From assembly GCF_964355755.1 (NCBI RefSeq), contig NC_092673.1, forward strand, positions 10,636,948 to 10,700,947: 64,000 bases of DNA, in the 5' to 3' direction. The stretch is from Antedon mediterranea. Its lineage: Eukaryota; Animalia; Echinodermata. This document shows positions 51,301-64,000 of this stretch, one piece after another. The stretch's first letter is position 1, and each line of letters begins with the position of its first letter. A program made the position numbers and the translations under genes. The notes under the pieces were generated by a model. That model did not search any database and was not told the origin of the DNA. It was given only the letters and a program-made list of their open reading frames with translations.

Positions 51301-54300
51301 GAGATAGATAGATCAGCGAGAGAGAGATAGATTAGCGAGAGATAGATAGATCAGCGAGAGAGAGAGATAAATCAGCCAGAAAGAGAGAGAGATAGATAAA
51401 CGAGAGAGAGATAGATCAGCGAGAGTGATAGATCAGCGAGAGAGAGAGATAGATCAGCGAGAGAGAGAGATAGATCAGCGAGAGAGAGATAGATCAGCGA
51501 GAGATAGATAGATCAGCGAGAGAGATAGATCAGCGAGAGAGAGATAGATCAACGAGAGAGAGATAGATCAGCGAGAGATAGATAGATCAGCGAGAGAGAG
51601 ATAGATAGATCAGCGAGAGAAAGATAGATAGATCAGCGAGAGAGAGATAGATAGATCAGCGAGAGAGAGATAGATAGATCAGCGAGAGAGAGATAGGTAT
51701 ATCAGCGAGAGACAGATAGATAGATGAGCGAGAGACAGATAGATAGATCAGCGAGAGACAGATAGATAGATCAGCGAGGGAGAGATAGATAGATCAGCGA
51801 GAGAGAGAGAGAGAGATAGATCAGCGAGAGAGAGAGAGATAGATCAGCGAGAGAGAGAGATAGATCAGCGAGAGTGATAGATCAGCGAGAGAGAGAGATA
51901 GATCAGAGAGAGAGAGAGATAGATCAGCGAGAGAGAGATAGATCAGCGAGAGAGATAGATCAGCGAGATAGAGATAGATCAGCAAGAGAGAGGGAGAGAG
52001 AGAGAGAGAAATAGATCAGCGAGAGAGAGAGAGAGATAGATCAGCGAGAGAGAGAGATAGATCAGCGAGAGTGATTGATCAGCGAGAAAGAGATAGATCA
52101 GCGAGATAGAGATAGATCAGCGAGAGAGAGATAGATCAGCGAGAGAGAGATAAATCACCGAGAGAGAGATAGATCAGCGAGAGAGAGATAAATCAGCGAG
52201 AGAGATATAGATCAGCGAGAGAGAGATAGATAGATCAGCGAGAGAGAGATAGATTAGCGAGAGATAGATAGATCAGCGAGAGAGAGATAGATCAGCGAGA
52301 GAAAGATAGATCAGCGGGCGAGAGATAGATCAGCGAGAGAGAGATAGATCAGCGAGAGATAGATAGATCAGCGAGAGATAGATAGATCAGCGAGAGAGAG
52401 ATAGATCAGCGAGAGAGAGATAGATAGATCAGCGAGAGAGAGATAGATCAACGAGAGATAGATAGATCAGCTAGAGAGAGAGATAGATAGATCAGCAAGA
52501 GAGAGATAGATAGATCAGCGAAAGAGAGAGATAGATAAGCGAGAGAGAGAGAGAGAGAGATAGATCAGCGAGAGAGAGATAGATCAGCGAGAGAGAGATA
52601 GATCAGCGAGAGAGATAGATCAACGAGAGATAGATAGATCAGCTAGAGAGAGAGATAGATAGATCAGCGAGAGAGAGATAGATAGATCAGCGAGAGAGAT
52701 ATATATATCAGCGAGAGAGAGAGAGATAGATAGATCAACGAGAGAGATAGATAGATCAGCGAGAGAGAGATAGATCAGCGAGAGAGAGATAGATCAGCGA
52801 GAGTGAGATAGATCAGCGAGAGAGAGATAGATCAGCGAGAGAGAGATAGATCAGCGAGAGAGAGAGAGATAGATCAGCGAGAGAGAGATAGATCAGCGAG
52901 AGAGAGAGAGAGAGAGATAGATCAGCGAGAGAGAGATAGATAGATCAGCGAGAGAGATATAGATAGATCAGCGAGAGAGAGATAGATAGATCAGCGAGAG
53001 AGAGATATAGATAGATCAGCGAGAGAGAGATTGATAGATAGATCAGCGAGAGAGAGATAGATCAGCGAGAGATAGATAGATCAGAGAGAGAGAGAGATAG
53101 ATCAGCGAGAGAGAGATAGATCAGCGAGAGAGAGATAGATCAGCGAGAGAGAGATAGATCAGTGGGAGAGAGAGAGAGAGATAGATCAGCGTGAAAGAGA
53201 GATAGATCAGCGAGAAAGAGAGAGAGAGATCAGCGGGAGAGAGATAGATCAGTGAGAGAGAGAGATAGATCAGTGAGAGAGAGAGATAGATCAGCGAGAG
53301 AGAGATAGATCAGCGAGAGAGAGATAGATCAGCAAGAGAGATAGATCAGCGAGATAGAGATAGATCAGCGAGAGAGAGATAGATAGATCAGCGAGAGAGA
53401 GAGATAGATAGATCAGCGAGAGAGAGATAGATCAGCGAGAGAGAGATAGATCAGCGAGAGAGAGAGAGAGAGAGATCAGCGAGAGAGAGAGAGAGAGAGA
53501 GAGATCAGCGAGAGAGAGATAGATAGATCAGCGAGAGAGAGAGAGAGAGAGAGAGATAGATCAGCGAGAGAGAGAGATAGATCAGCGAGAGAGAGAAAGA
53601 GAGGGAGAGAGAGAGATCAGCGAGAGAGATTGATCAGCGAGAGAGAGAGAGAGATAGATCAGCGAGAGAGAGAGATAGATCAGCGAGAGAGAGATAGATC
53701 AGCGAGAGAGAGAGATAGATCAGCGAGAGAGAGAGATAGATCAGCGAGAGAGAGATAGATCAGCGAGAGATAGATAGATCAGCGAGAGAGAGATAGATCA
53801 GCGAGAGAGAGATAGATCAGCGAGAGAGAGATAGATCAGCGAGAGAGAGATAGATCAGCGAGAGAGATAGATCAGCGAGAGAGAGATAGATCAGCGAGAG
53901 AGAGATAGATCAACGAGAGAGAGATAGATCAACGAGAGATAGATAGATCAGCTAGAGAGAGAGATAGATAGATCAGCGAGAGAGAGATAGATTGATCAGC
54001 GAGAGAGAGAGATAGATAAGCGAGAGAGAGAGATAGATAGATCAGCGAGAGAGATAGATAGATCAGCGAGAGAGATAGATAGATCAGCGAGAGAGAGATA
54101 GATAAGCAAGAGAGATAGATCAGCGAGAGAGAGATAGATCAGCGAGAGAGAGATAGATCAGCGAGAGAGAGATAGATCAGCGAGAGAGAGATAGATCAAC
54201 GAGAGATAGATAGATCAGCTAGAGAGAGAGATAGATAGATCAGTGAGAGAGAGATAGATAGATCAACGAGAGAGATAGATAGATCAGCGAGAGAGAGATA

Positions 54301-54430
54301 GATCAGCGAGAGAGAGATAGATCAGCGAGAGTGAGATAGATCAGCGAGAGAGAGATAGATCAGCGAGAGAGAGATAGATCAGCGAGAGAGAGAGAGAGAG
54401 AGAGAGATAGATCAGCGAGAGAGAGATAGA

Positions 54431-54467
<37 letters not shown>

Positions 54468-56546
54468 TCAGCGAGAAAGAGAGATAGGTCAGCGAGAGAG
54501 AGAGATAGATAAGCGAGAGAGAGAGAGATAGATCAGCGAGAGAGAGATAGATAAGCGAGAGGGAGAGACAGATCAGCGAGAGAGGGATAGATAGATCAGC
54601 GAGAGAGATAGATCAACGAGAGAGAGAGATAGATCAGCGAGAGAGAGATAGATAGATCAGCGAGAGAGAGATAGATGAGCGAGAGAGAGATAGATAGATC
54701 AGCGAGAGATAGATAGATCAGTGAGAGAGAGATAGATAGATCAGCGAGAGAGAGATAGATAGATCAGCAAGAGAGAGATAGATCAGCGAGAGAGAGATAG
54801 ATAGATCAGCGAGAGAGAGATAGATCAGCGAGAGAGAGATAGATAGATCAGCGAGAGAGAGAGATAGATCAACGAGAGAGAGATAGATAGATCAGCGAGA
54901 GAGATATAGATAGATCAGCGAGAGAGAGATAGATAGATCAGCGAGAGAGAGAGATAGATAGATCAGCGAGAGAGAGATAGATAGATAGATCAGCGAGAGA
55001 GAGATAGATCAGCGAGAGATAGATAGATCAGCGAGAGAGAGATAGATCAGCGAGAGAGATAGATCAGCGAGAGAGAGATAGATCAGCGAGAGAGAGATAG
55101 ATCAGCGAGAGATAGATAGATCAGCGAGAAATAGATAGATCAGCGAGAGAAAGATAGATAGATAAGCGAGAGAGAGATAGATAGATCAGCGAGAGAGAGA
55201 TAGATAGATCAGCGAGAGAGAGATAGGTAGATCAGCGAGAGACAGATAGATAGATGAGCGAGAGACAGATAGATAGATCAGCGAGAGACAGATAGATAGA
55301 TCAGCGAGGGAGAGATAGATAGATCAGCGAGAGAGAAAGAGAGAGATAGATCAGCGAGAGAGAGAGAGATAGATCAGTGAGAGAGAGAGATAGATCAGCG
55401 AGAGTGATAGATCAGCGAGAGAGAGATAGATCAGCGAGATAGAGAAAGATCAGCGAGAGAGAGAGATAGATCAGCGAGAAAGAGAGATAAATCAGCGAGA
55501 GAGAGATAGATCAGCGAGAGAGAGATAATTCAGCGAGAGAGAGATAGATCAGCGAGAGAGAGATAGATAGATCAGCGAGAGAGAGATAGATCAGCGAGAG
55601 AGAGATAGATCAGCGAGAAATAGATAGATCAGCGAGAGAGAGAGATAGATCAGCGAGAGAGAGATAGATCAGCGGGCGAGAGATAGATCAGCGAGAGAGA
55701 GATAGATCAGCGAGAGATAGATAGATCAGCGAGAGATAGATAGATCAGCGAGAGAGAGATAGATCAGCGAGAGAGAGAGAGATATATCAGCGAGAGAGAG
55801 ATAGATCAACGAGAGATAGATAGATCAGCTAGAGAGAGAGATAGATAGATCAGCGAGAGAGAGATAGATAGATCAGCGAGAGAGAGAGATAGATAAGCGA
55901 GAGAGAGAGAGAGAGATAGATAGATCAGCGAGATAGAGATAGATCAGCGAAAGAGATAGATCAGCGAGAGAGAGATAGATCAGCGAGAGAGAGATAGATC
56001 AGCGAGAGAGAGATAGATCAGCGAGAGAGAGATATATCAACGAGAGATAGATAGATCAGCTAGAGAGAGAGAGAGAGATAGATCAGCGAGAGAGAGATAG
56101 ATAGATCAGCGAGAGAGATAGATATATCAGAGAGAGAGAGAGAGAGAGAGATAGATAGATCAACGAGAGAGATAGATAGATCAGCGAGAGAGATAGATAG
56201 ATCAGCGAGAGAGATAGATAGATCAGCGAGAGAGAGATAGATAAGCGAGAGATAGATAGATCAGCGAGAGAGAGATAGATCAGCGGGACAGAGATAGATC
56301 AGCAAGAGAGAGATAGATCAGCAAGAGATAGATAGATCAGCGAGAAAGAGATAGATCAGCAAGAGAGAGAGATAGATCAGCGAGAGAGAAATAGATCAGC
56401 GGGGGAGAGAGAGAGAAATATCAGCGAGAGAGATAGATCAGCGAGAGAGAGAGATAGATCAGCAAGAGAGAGATAGATCAGCGAGAGAGAGAGAGATAGA
56501 TCAGCGAGAGAGAGAGATAGATCAGCGAGAGAGAGAGAGAGATAGA

Positions 56547-56589
<43 letters not shown>

Positions 56590-59500
56590 TCAGCGAGAGA
56601 GAGAGAGAGAGATAAGCGAGAGAGAGATAGATCAGCGAGAGAGAGAGAGAGAGATCAGTGAGAAAGAGATAGATCAGCGAGAGAGAGAGAGAGAGATCAG
56701 CGAGAGAGAGATAGATCAGCTAGAGAGAGATAGATCAGCGAGAGAGATAGATAGATCAGCGAGAGAGATAGATAGATCAGCGAGAGAGAGATAGATAAGC
56801 GAGAGATAGATAGATCAGCGAGAGAAAGATAGATCAGCGGGACAGAGATAGACCAGCAAGAGAGAGATAGATCAGCGAGAGATAGATAGATCAGCGAGAA
56901 AGAGATAGATCAGCGAGAGAGAGATAGATCAGCGTGAGAGAGAGATAGATCAGGGAGAGAGAGATAGATCAGCGAGAGAGAGATAGATCAGCGAGAGAGA
57001 GATAGATCAGCGGGGGAGAGAGAGAGAAATATCAGCGAGAGAGATAGATCAGCGAGAGAGAGAGAGATAGATCAGCGAGAGAGAGATAGATCAGCGAGAG
57101 AGATAGATCAGCGAGAGAGAGATAGATCAACGAGAGAGAGATAGATCAGCGAGAGATAGATAGATCAGCGAGAGAGAGATAGATAGATCAGCGAGAGAAA
57201 GATAGATAGATCAGCGAGAGAGAGATAGATAGATCAGCGAGAGAGAGATAGATAGATCAGCGAGAGAGAGATAGGTAGATCAGCGAGAGACAGATAGATA
57301 GATGAGCGAGAGACAGATAGATAGATCAGCGAGAGACAGATAGATAGATCAGCGAGGGAGAGATAGATAGATCAGCGAGAGAGAAAGAGAGAGATAGATC
57401 AGCGAGAGAGAGAGAGATAGATCAGCGAGAGAGAGAGATAGATCAGCGAGAGTGATAGATCAGCGAGAGAGAGAGATAGATCAGCGAGAGAGAGATAGAT
57501 AGATAAGCGAGAGAGATATAGATAGATCAGCGAGAGAGAGATAGATAGATCAGTGAGAGAGAGAGATAGATAGATCAGCGAGAGAGAGATAGATAGATAG
57601 ATCAGCGAGAGAGAGATAGATCAGCGAGAGATAGATAGATCAGCGAGAGAGAGAGATAGATCAGCGAGAGAGAGATAGATCAGCGAGAAAGAGATAGATC
57701 AGCGAGAGAGAGATAGATCCGCGAGAGATAGATAGATCAGCGAGAGAGAGATAGATCAGCGAGAGAGAGATAGATCAGCGAGAGAGAGAGATCAGCGAGA
57801 GAGATAGATCAGCGAGAGAGAGATAGATCAGCGAGAGATAGATAGATCAGCGAGAGAGATAGATCAGCGAGAGAGAGATAGATCAACGAGAGAGAGATAG
57901 ATCAGCGAGAGATAGATAGATCAGCGAGAGAGAGATAGATAGATCAGCGAGAGAAAGATAGATAGATCAGCGAGAGAGAGATAGATAGATCAGCGAGAGA
58001 GAGATAGATAGATCAGCGAGAGAGAGATAGGTAGATCAGCGAGAGACAGATATATAGATGAGCGAGAGACAGATAGATAGATCAGCGAGAGACAGATAGA
58101 TAGATCAGCGAGGGAGAGATAGATAGATCAGCGAGAAAGAAAGAGAGAGATAGATCAGCGAGAGAGAGAGAGAGAAAGATCAGTGAGAGAGAGAGATAGA
58201 TCAGCGAGAGTGATAGATTAGCGAGAGAGAGATAGATCAGCGAGATAGAGATAGATCAGCGAGAGAGAGAGATAGATCAGCGAGAAAGAGAGATAAATCA
58301 GCGAGAGAGAGATAGATCAGCGAGAGAGAGATAATTCAGCGAGAGAGATAGATCAGCGAGAGAGAGATAGATAGATCAGCGAGAGAGAGAGATAGATCAG
58401 AGAGAGAGAGATAGATCAGCGAGAAATAGATAGATCAGCGAGAGAGAGAGATAGATCAGCGAGAGAGAGATAGATCAGCGGGCGAGAGATAGATCAGCGA
58501 GAGAGAGATAGATCAGCGAGAGATAGATAGATCAGCGAGAGATAGATAGATCAGCGAGAGAGAGATAGATCAGCGAGAGAGAGAGAGATATATCAGCGAG
58601 AGAGATAGATCAACGAGAGATAGATAGATCAGCTAGAGAGAGAGATAGATAGATCAGCGAGAGAGAGATAGATAGATCAGCGAGAGAGAGAGATAGATAA
58701 GCGAGAGAGAGAGAGAGAGATAGATAGATCAGCGAGAGGGATAGATAGATCAGCGAGAGAGATAGATAGATCAGCGAGAGAGATAGATCAGCGAAAGAGA
58801 TAGATCAGCGAGAGAGAGATAGATCAGCGAGAGAGAGATAGATCAGCGAAAGAGAGAGATAGATCAGCGAGAGAGAGATAGATCAACGAGAGGTAGATAG
58901 ATCAGCTAGAGAGAGAGAGAGAGAGATAGATCAGCGAGAGAGAGATAGATATATCAGAGAGAGAGAGAGAGAGAGATAGATAGATCAACGAGAGAGATAG
59001 ATAGATCAGCGAGAGAGATAGATAGATCAGCGAGAGAGATAGATAGATCAGCGAGAGAGAGATAGATAAGCGAGAGATAGATAGATAGATCAGCGGGACA
59101 GAGATAGATCAGCAAGAGAGAGATAGATCAGCGAGAGATAGATAGATCAGCGAGTAAGAGATAGATCAGCGAGAGAGAGAGATAGATCAGCGAGAGAGAG
59201 ATAGATCAGCGTGAGAGAGAGATAGATCAGCGAGAGAGAGATAGATCAGCGAGAGAGAGATAGATCAGCGAGAGAGAGATAGATCAGCGGGGGAGAGAGA
59301 GAGAAATATCAGCGAGAGAGATAGATCAGCGAGAGAGAGAGAGATAGATCAGCGAGAGAGAGATAGATCAGCGAGAGAGAGAGAGATAGATCAGCGAGAG
59401 AGAGAGATAGATCAGCGAGAGAGAGAGAGAGAGATAGATCAGCGATAGAGAGAGAGAGAGAGAGAGATAGATCAGCGAGAGAGAGAGAGAGATAAGCAAG

Positions 59501-59732
59501 AGAGAGATAGATCAGCGAGAGAGAGAGAGAGAGATCAGTGAGAAAGAGATAGATCAGCGAGAGAGAGAGAGAGAGATCAGCGAGAGAGAGATAGATCAGC
59601 TAGAGAGAGATAGATCAGCGAGAGAGATAGATAGATCAGCGAGAGAGCTAGATAGATCAGCGAGAGAGAGATAGATAAGCGAGAGATAGATAGATCAGCG
59701 AGAGAGATAGATCAGCGAGAGAGAGAGATAGA

Positions 59733-59763
<31 letters not shown>

Positions 59764-59767
59764 TAGA

Positions 59768-59798
<31 letters not shown>

Positions 59799-60416
59799 TA
59801 GATCAGCGAGAGAGAGAGAGAGAGATAGATCAGCGAGAGAGATAGATCAGCGAGAGAGAGAGAGAGATAGATCAGCGAGAGAGAGAGATAGATCAGCGAG
59901 GAGGAGAGATAGATCAGCGAGAGAGAGATAGATCAGCGACAGAGAGAGAGAGAGAGAGAGATAGATCAGCGACAGAGAGAGATAGATCAGCGACAGAGAG
60001 AGATAGATCAGCAAGAGAGAGAGATAGATCAGCGACAGAGAGCTAGAGATAGATCAGCGAGAGAGATAGATAGATCAACGAGAGAGAGAGATAGAACAGC
60101 GAGAGAGAGAGAGATAGATCAGCGAGAGAGAGAGAGATCAGCGAGAAAGAGATAGATCAGCGAGAGAGAGATAGATCAGCGTGAGAGAGAGATAGATCAG
60201 GGAGAGAGAGATAGATCAGCGAGAGAGAGATAGATCAGCGAGAGAGAGATAGATCAGCGGGGGAGAGAGAGAGAAATATCAGCGAGAGAGATAGATCAGC
60301 GAGAGAGAGAGAGATAGATCAGCGAGAGAGAGATAGATCAGCGAGAGAGAGAGAGAGAGAGATAGATCAGCGAGAGAGAGAGATAGATTAGCGAGAGAGA
60401 GAGAGAGAGAGATAGA

Positions 60417-60447
<31 letters not shown>

Positions 60448-60491
60448 TAGATGAGCCAGAGAGAGAGAGAGATAAGCGAGAGAGAGATAGA

Positions 60492-60522
<31 letters not shown>

Positions 60523-61526
60523 TCAGCGAGAGGGATAGATAGATCAGCGAGAGAGATAGATAGATCAGCGAGAGAGATAGATCAGCGAAAGAGATAGATC
60601 AGCGAGAGAGAGATAGATCAGCGAGAGAGAGATAGATCAGCGAAAGAGAGAGATAGATCAGCGAGAGAGAGATAGATCAACGAGAGGTAGATAGATCAGC
60701 TAGAGAGAGAGAGAGAGAGATAGATCAGCGAGAGAGAGATAGATATATCAGAGAGAGAGAGAGAGAGAGATAGATAGATCAACGAGAGAGATAGATAGAT
60801 CAGCGAGAGAGATAGATAGATCAGCGAGAGAGATAGATAGATCAGCGAGAGAGAGATAGATAAGCGAGAGATAGATAGATAGATCAGCGGGACAGAGATA
60901 GATCAGCAAGAGAGAGATAGATCAGCGAGAGATAGATAGATCAGCGAGTAAGAGATAGATCAGCGAGAGAGAGAGATAGATCAGCGAGAGAGAGATAGAT
61001 CAGCGTGAGAGAGAGATAGATCAGCGAGAGAGAGATAGATCAGCGAGAGAGAGATAGATCAGCGAGAGAGAGATAGATCAGCGGGGGAGAGAGAGAGAAA
61101 TATCAGCGAGAGAGATAGATCAGCGAGAGAGAGAGAGATAGATCAGCGAGAGAGAGATAGATCAGCGAGAGAGAGAGAGATAGATCAGCGAGAGAGAGAG
61201 ATAGATCAGCGAGAGAGAGAGAGAGAGATAGATCAGCGATAGAGAGAGAGAGAGAGAGAGATAGATCAGCGAGAGAGAGAGAGAGATAAGCAAGAGAGAG
61301 ATAGATCAGCGAGAGAGAGAGAGAGAGATCAGTGAGAAAGAGATAGATCAGCGAGAGAGAGAGAGAGAGATCAGCGAGAGAGAGATAGATCAGCTAGAGA
61401 GAGATAGATCAGCGAGAGAGATAGATAGATCAGCGAGAGAGCTAGATAGATCAGCGAGAGAGAGATAGATAAGCGAGAGATAGATAGATCAGCGAGAGAG
61501 ATAGATCAGCGAGAGAGAGAGATAGA

Positions 61527-61557
<31 letters not shown>

Positions 61558-61561
61558 TAGA

Positions 61562-61592
<31 letters not shown>

Positions 61593-62210
61593 TAGATCAG
61601 CGAGAGAGAGAGAGAGAGATAGATCAGCGAGAGAGATAGATCAGCGAGAGAGAGAGAGAGATAGATCAGCGAGAGAGAGAGATAGATCAGCGAGGAGGAG
61701 AGATAGATCAGCGAGAGAGAGATAGATCAGCGACAGAGAGAGAGAGAGAGAGAGATAGATCAGCGACAGAGAGAGATAGATCAGCGACAGAGAGAGATAG
61801 ATCAGCAAGAGAGAGAGATAGATCAGCGACAGAGAGCTAGAGATAGATCAGCGAGAGAGATAGATAGATCAACGAGAGAGAGAGATAGAACAGCGAGAGA
61901 GAGAGAGATAGATCAGCGAGAGAGAGAGAGATCAGCGAGAAAGAGATAGATCAGCGAGAGAGAGATAGATCAGCGTGAGAGAGAGATAGATCAGGGAGAG
62001 AGAGATAGATCAGCGAGAGAGAGATAGATCAGCGAGAGAGAGATAGATCAGCGGGGGAGAGAGAGAGAAATATCAGCGAGAGAGATAGATCAGCGAGAGA
62101 GAGAGAGATAGATCAGCGAGAGAGAGATAGATCAGCGAGAGAGAGAGAGAGAGAGATAGATCAGCGAGAGAGAGAGATAGATTAGCGAGAGAGAGAGAGA
62201 GAGAGATAGA

Positions 62211-62241
<31 letters not shown>

Positions 62242-62285
62242 TAGATGAGCCAGAGAGAGAGAGAGATAAGCGAGAGAGAGATAGA

Positions 62286-62316
<31 letters not shown>

Positions 62317-62781
62317 TCAGTGAGAAAGAGATAGATCAGCGAGAGAGAGAGAGAGAGAGATCAGCGAGAGAGAGATAGATCAGCTAGAGAGAGATAGATC
62401 AGCGAGAGAGATAGATAGATCAGCGAGAGAGATAGATAGATCAGCGAGAGAGAGATAGATAAGCGAGAGATAGATAGATCAGCGAGAGAGAGATAGATCA
62501 GCGGGACAGAGATAGATCAGCAAGAGAGAGATAGATCAGCGAGAGATAGATAGATCAGCGAGAAAGAGATAGATCAGCGAGAGAGAGAGATAGATCAGCG
62601 AGAGAGAGAGATAGATCAGCGTGAGAGAGAGATAGATCAGCGAGAGAAAGATAGATCAGCGAGAGAGAGATAGATCAGCGAGAAAGAGATAGATCAGCGG
62701 GGGAGAGAGAGAGAAATATCAGCGAGAGAGATAGATCAGCGAGAGAGAGAGAGAGAGATAGATCAGCGAGAGAGAGATAGA

Positions 62782-62812
<31 letters not shown>

Positions 62813-64000
62813 TAGATCAGCGAGAGAGAGAGATAGATCAGCGAGAGAGAGAGAGAGATAGATCAGCGAGAGAGAGAGAGAGAGATAGATCAGCGAGAGA
62901 GAGAGATAAGCGAGAGAGAGATAGATCAGCGAGAGAGAGAGAGAGAGATCAGTGAGAAAGAGATAGATCAGCGAGAGAGAGAGAGAGAGATCAGCGAGAG
63001 AGAGATAGATCAGCTAGAGAGAGATAGATCAGCGAGAGAGAGAGAGAGAGATATCAGCGAGAGAGAGAGAGAGAGATATAGATCAGCGAGAGAGAGAGAG
63101 ATAGATCAGCGAGAGAGAGAGAGATCAGCGAGAGAGAGAGAGAGAGATAGATCAGCAAGAGCGAGATAGATCAGCGAGAGAGAGATAGATCAGCGAGAGA
63201 GAGATAGATCAGCGAGAGAGAGATAGATCAGCGAGAGAGATATAGATCAGCGAGAGAGAGATAGATCAGCGAGAGAGAGATAGATCAGCGAGAGAGAGAT
63301 AGATCAGTGAGAGAGAGATAGATCAGCGAGAGAGAGAGATATATCAGCGAGAGAGAGATAGATCAGCGAGAGAGAGATAGATCAGCAAGAGAGAGATAGA
63401 TCAGCGAGAGAGAGATAGATCAGCGAGAGAGAGATAGATCAGCGAGAGATAGATAGATCAGCGAGAAAGAGATAGATCAGCGAGAGAGAGATAGATCAGC
63501 GTGAGAGAGAGATAGATCAGCGAGAGAGAGATAGATCAGCGAGAGAGAGATAGATCAGCGAGAGAGAGATAGATCAGCGGGGGAGAGAGAGAGAAATATC
63601 AGCGAGAGCGATAGATCAGCGAGAGAGAGAGAGATAGATCAGCGAGAGAGAGATAGATCAGCGAGAGAGAGAGAGAGATAGATCAGCGAGAGAGAGAGAT
63701 AGATCAGCGAGAGAGAGAGAGAGAGAGATAGATCAGCGAGAGAGAGAGAGAGATAAGCGAGAGAGAGATAGATCAGCGAGAGAGAGAGAGAGATCAGTGA
63801 GAAAGAGATAGATCAGCGAGAGAGAGAGAGAGATCAGCGAGAGAGAGATAGATCAGCTAGAGAGAGATAGATCAGCGAGAGAGAGAGAGAGAGAGAGATA
63901 TCAGCGAGAGAGAGAGAGAGATATAGATTAGCGAGAGAGAGAGAGATAGATCAGCGAGAGAGAGAGATAGATCAGCAAGAGCGAGATAGATCAGCGAGAG
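30376..64000. repeat. Compound (GA)n/GATA satellite, modal unit ~19 bp GATCAGCGAGAGAGAGATA, extending past the window end
   Basis: Continuous array of GATCAGC followed by a variable (GA)n and (GATA)1-3. Strongly purine-biased plus strand. Confidence 0.98.

Overview
Eukaryotic (animal-like, AT-rich, spliceosomal introns) heterochromatin-type window with no intact host gene. (1) 1-17500 is an 87-bp satellite with ~5-kb higher-order duplications. It carries two copies of a minus-strand tRNA-derived SINE and a 2142-bp non-autonomous DNA transposon (3148-5289; CAC...GTG ends, 4-bp ATTT TSD). The transposon ends are asymmetric heptamer-spacer-nonamer modules (21/11-bp spacers) resembling V(D)J RSS. 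(2) 17501-29070 is a unique island holding a decayed, intron-containing RAG1/Transib-like DDE transposase gene with a C-terminal BRCT-like domain and an HMG-box-like tail. A full-length L1/Tx1-type non-LTR retrotransposon (21082-27775, 15-bp TSD) splits this gene. (3) 29071-30375 is a 42-bp minisatellite. (4) 30376-64000 is a purine-strand (GA)n-TAGATCAGC compound satellite with kb-scale duplications. Family calls come from motif recognition by eye; no database searches were run.
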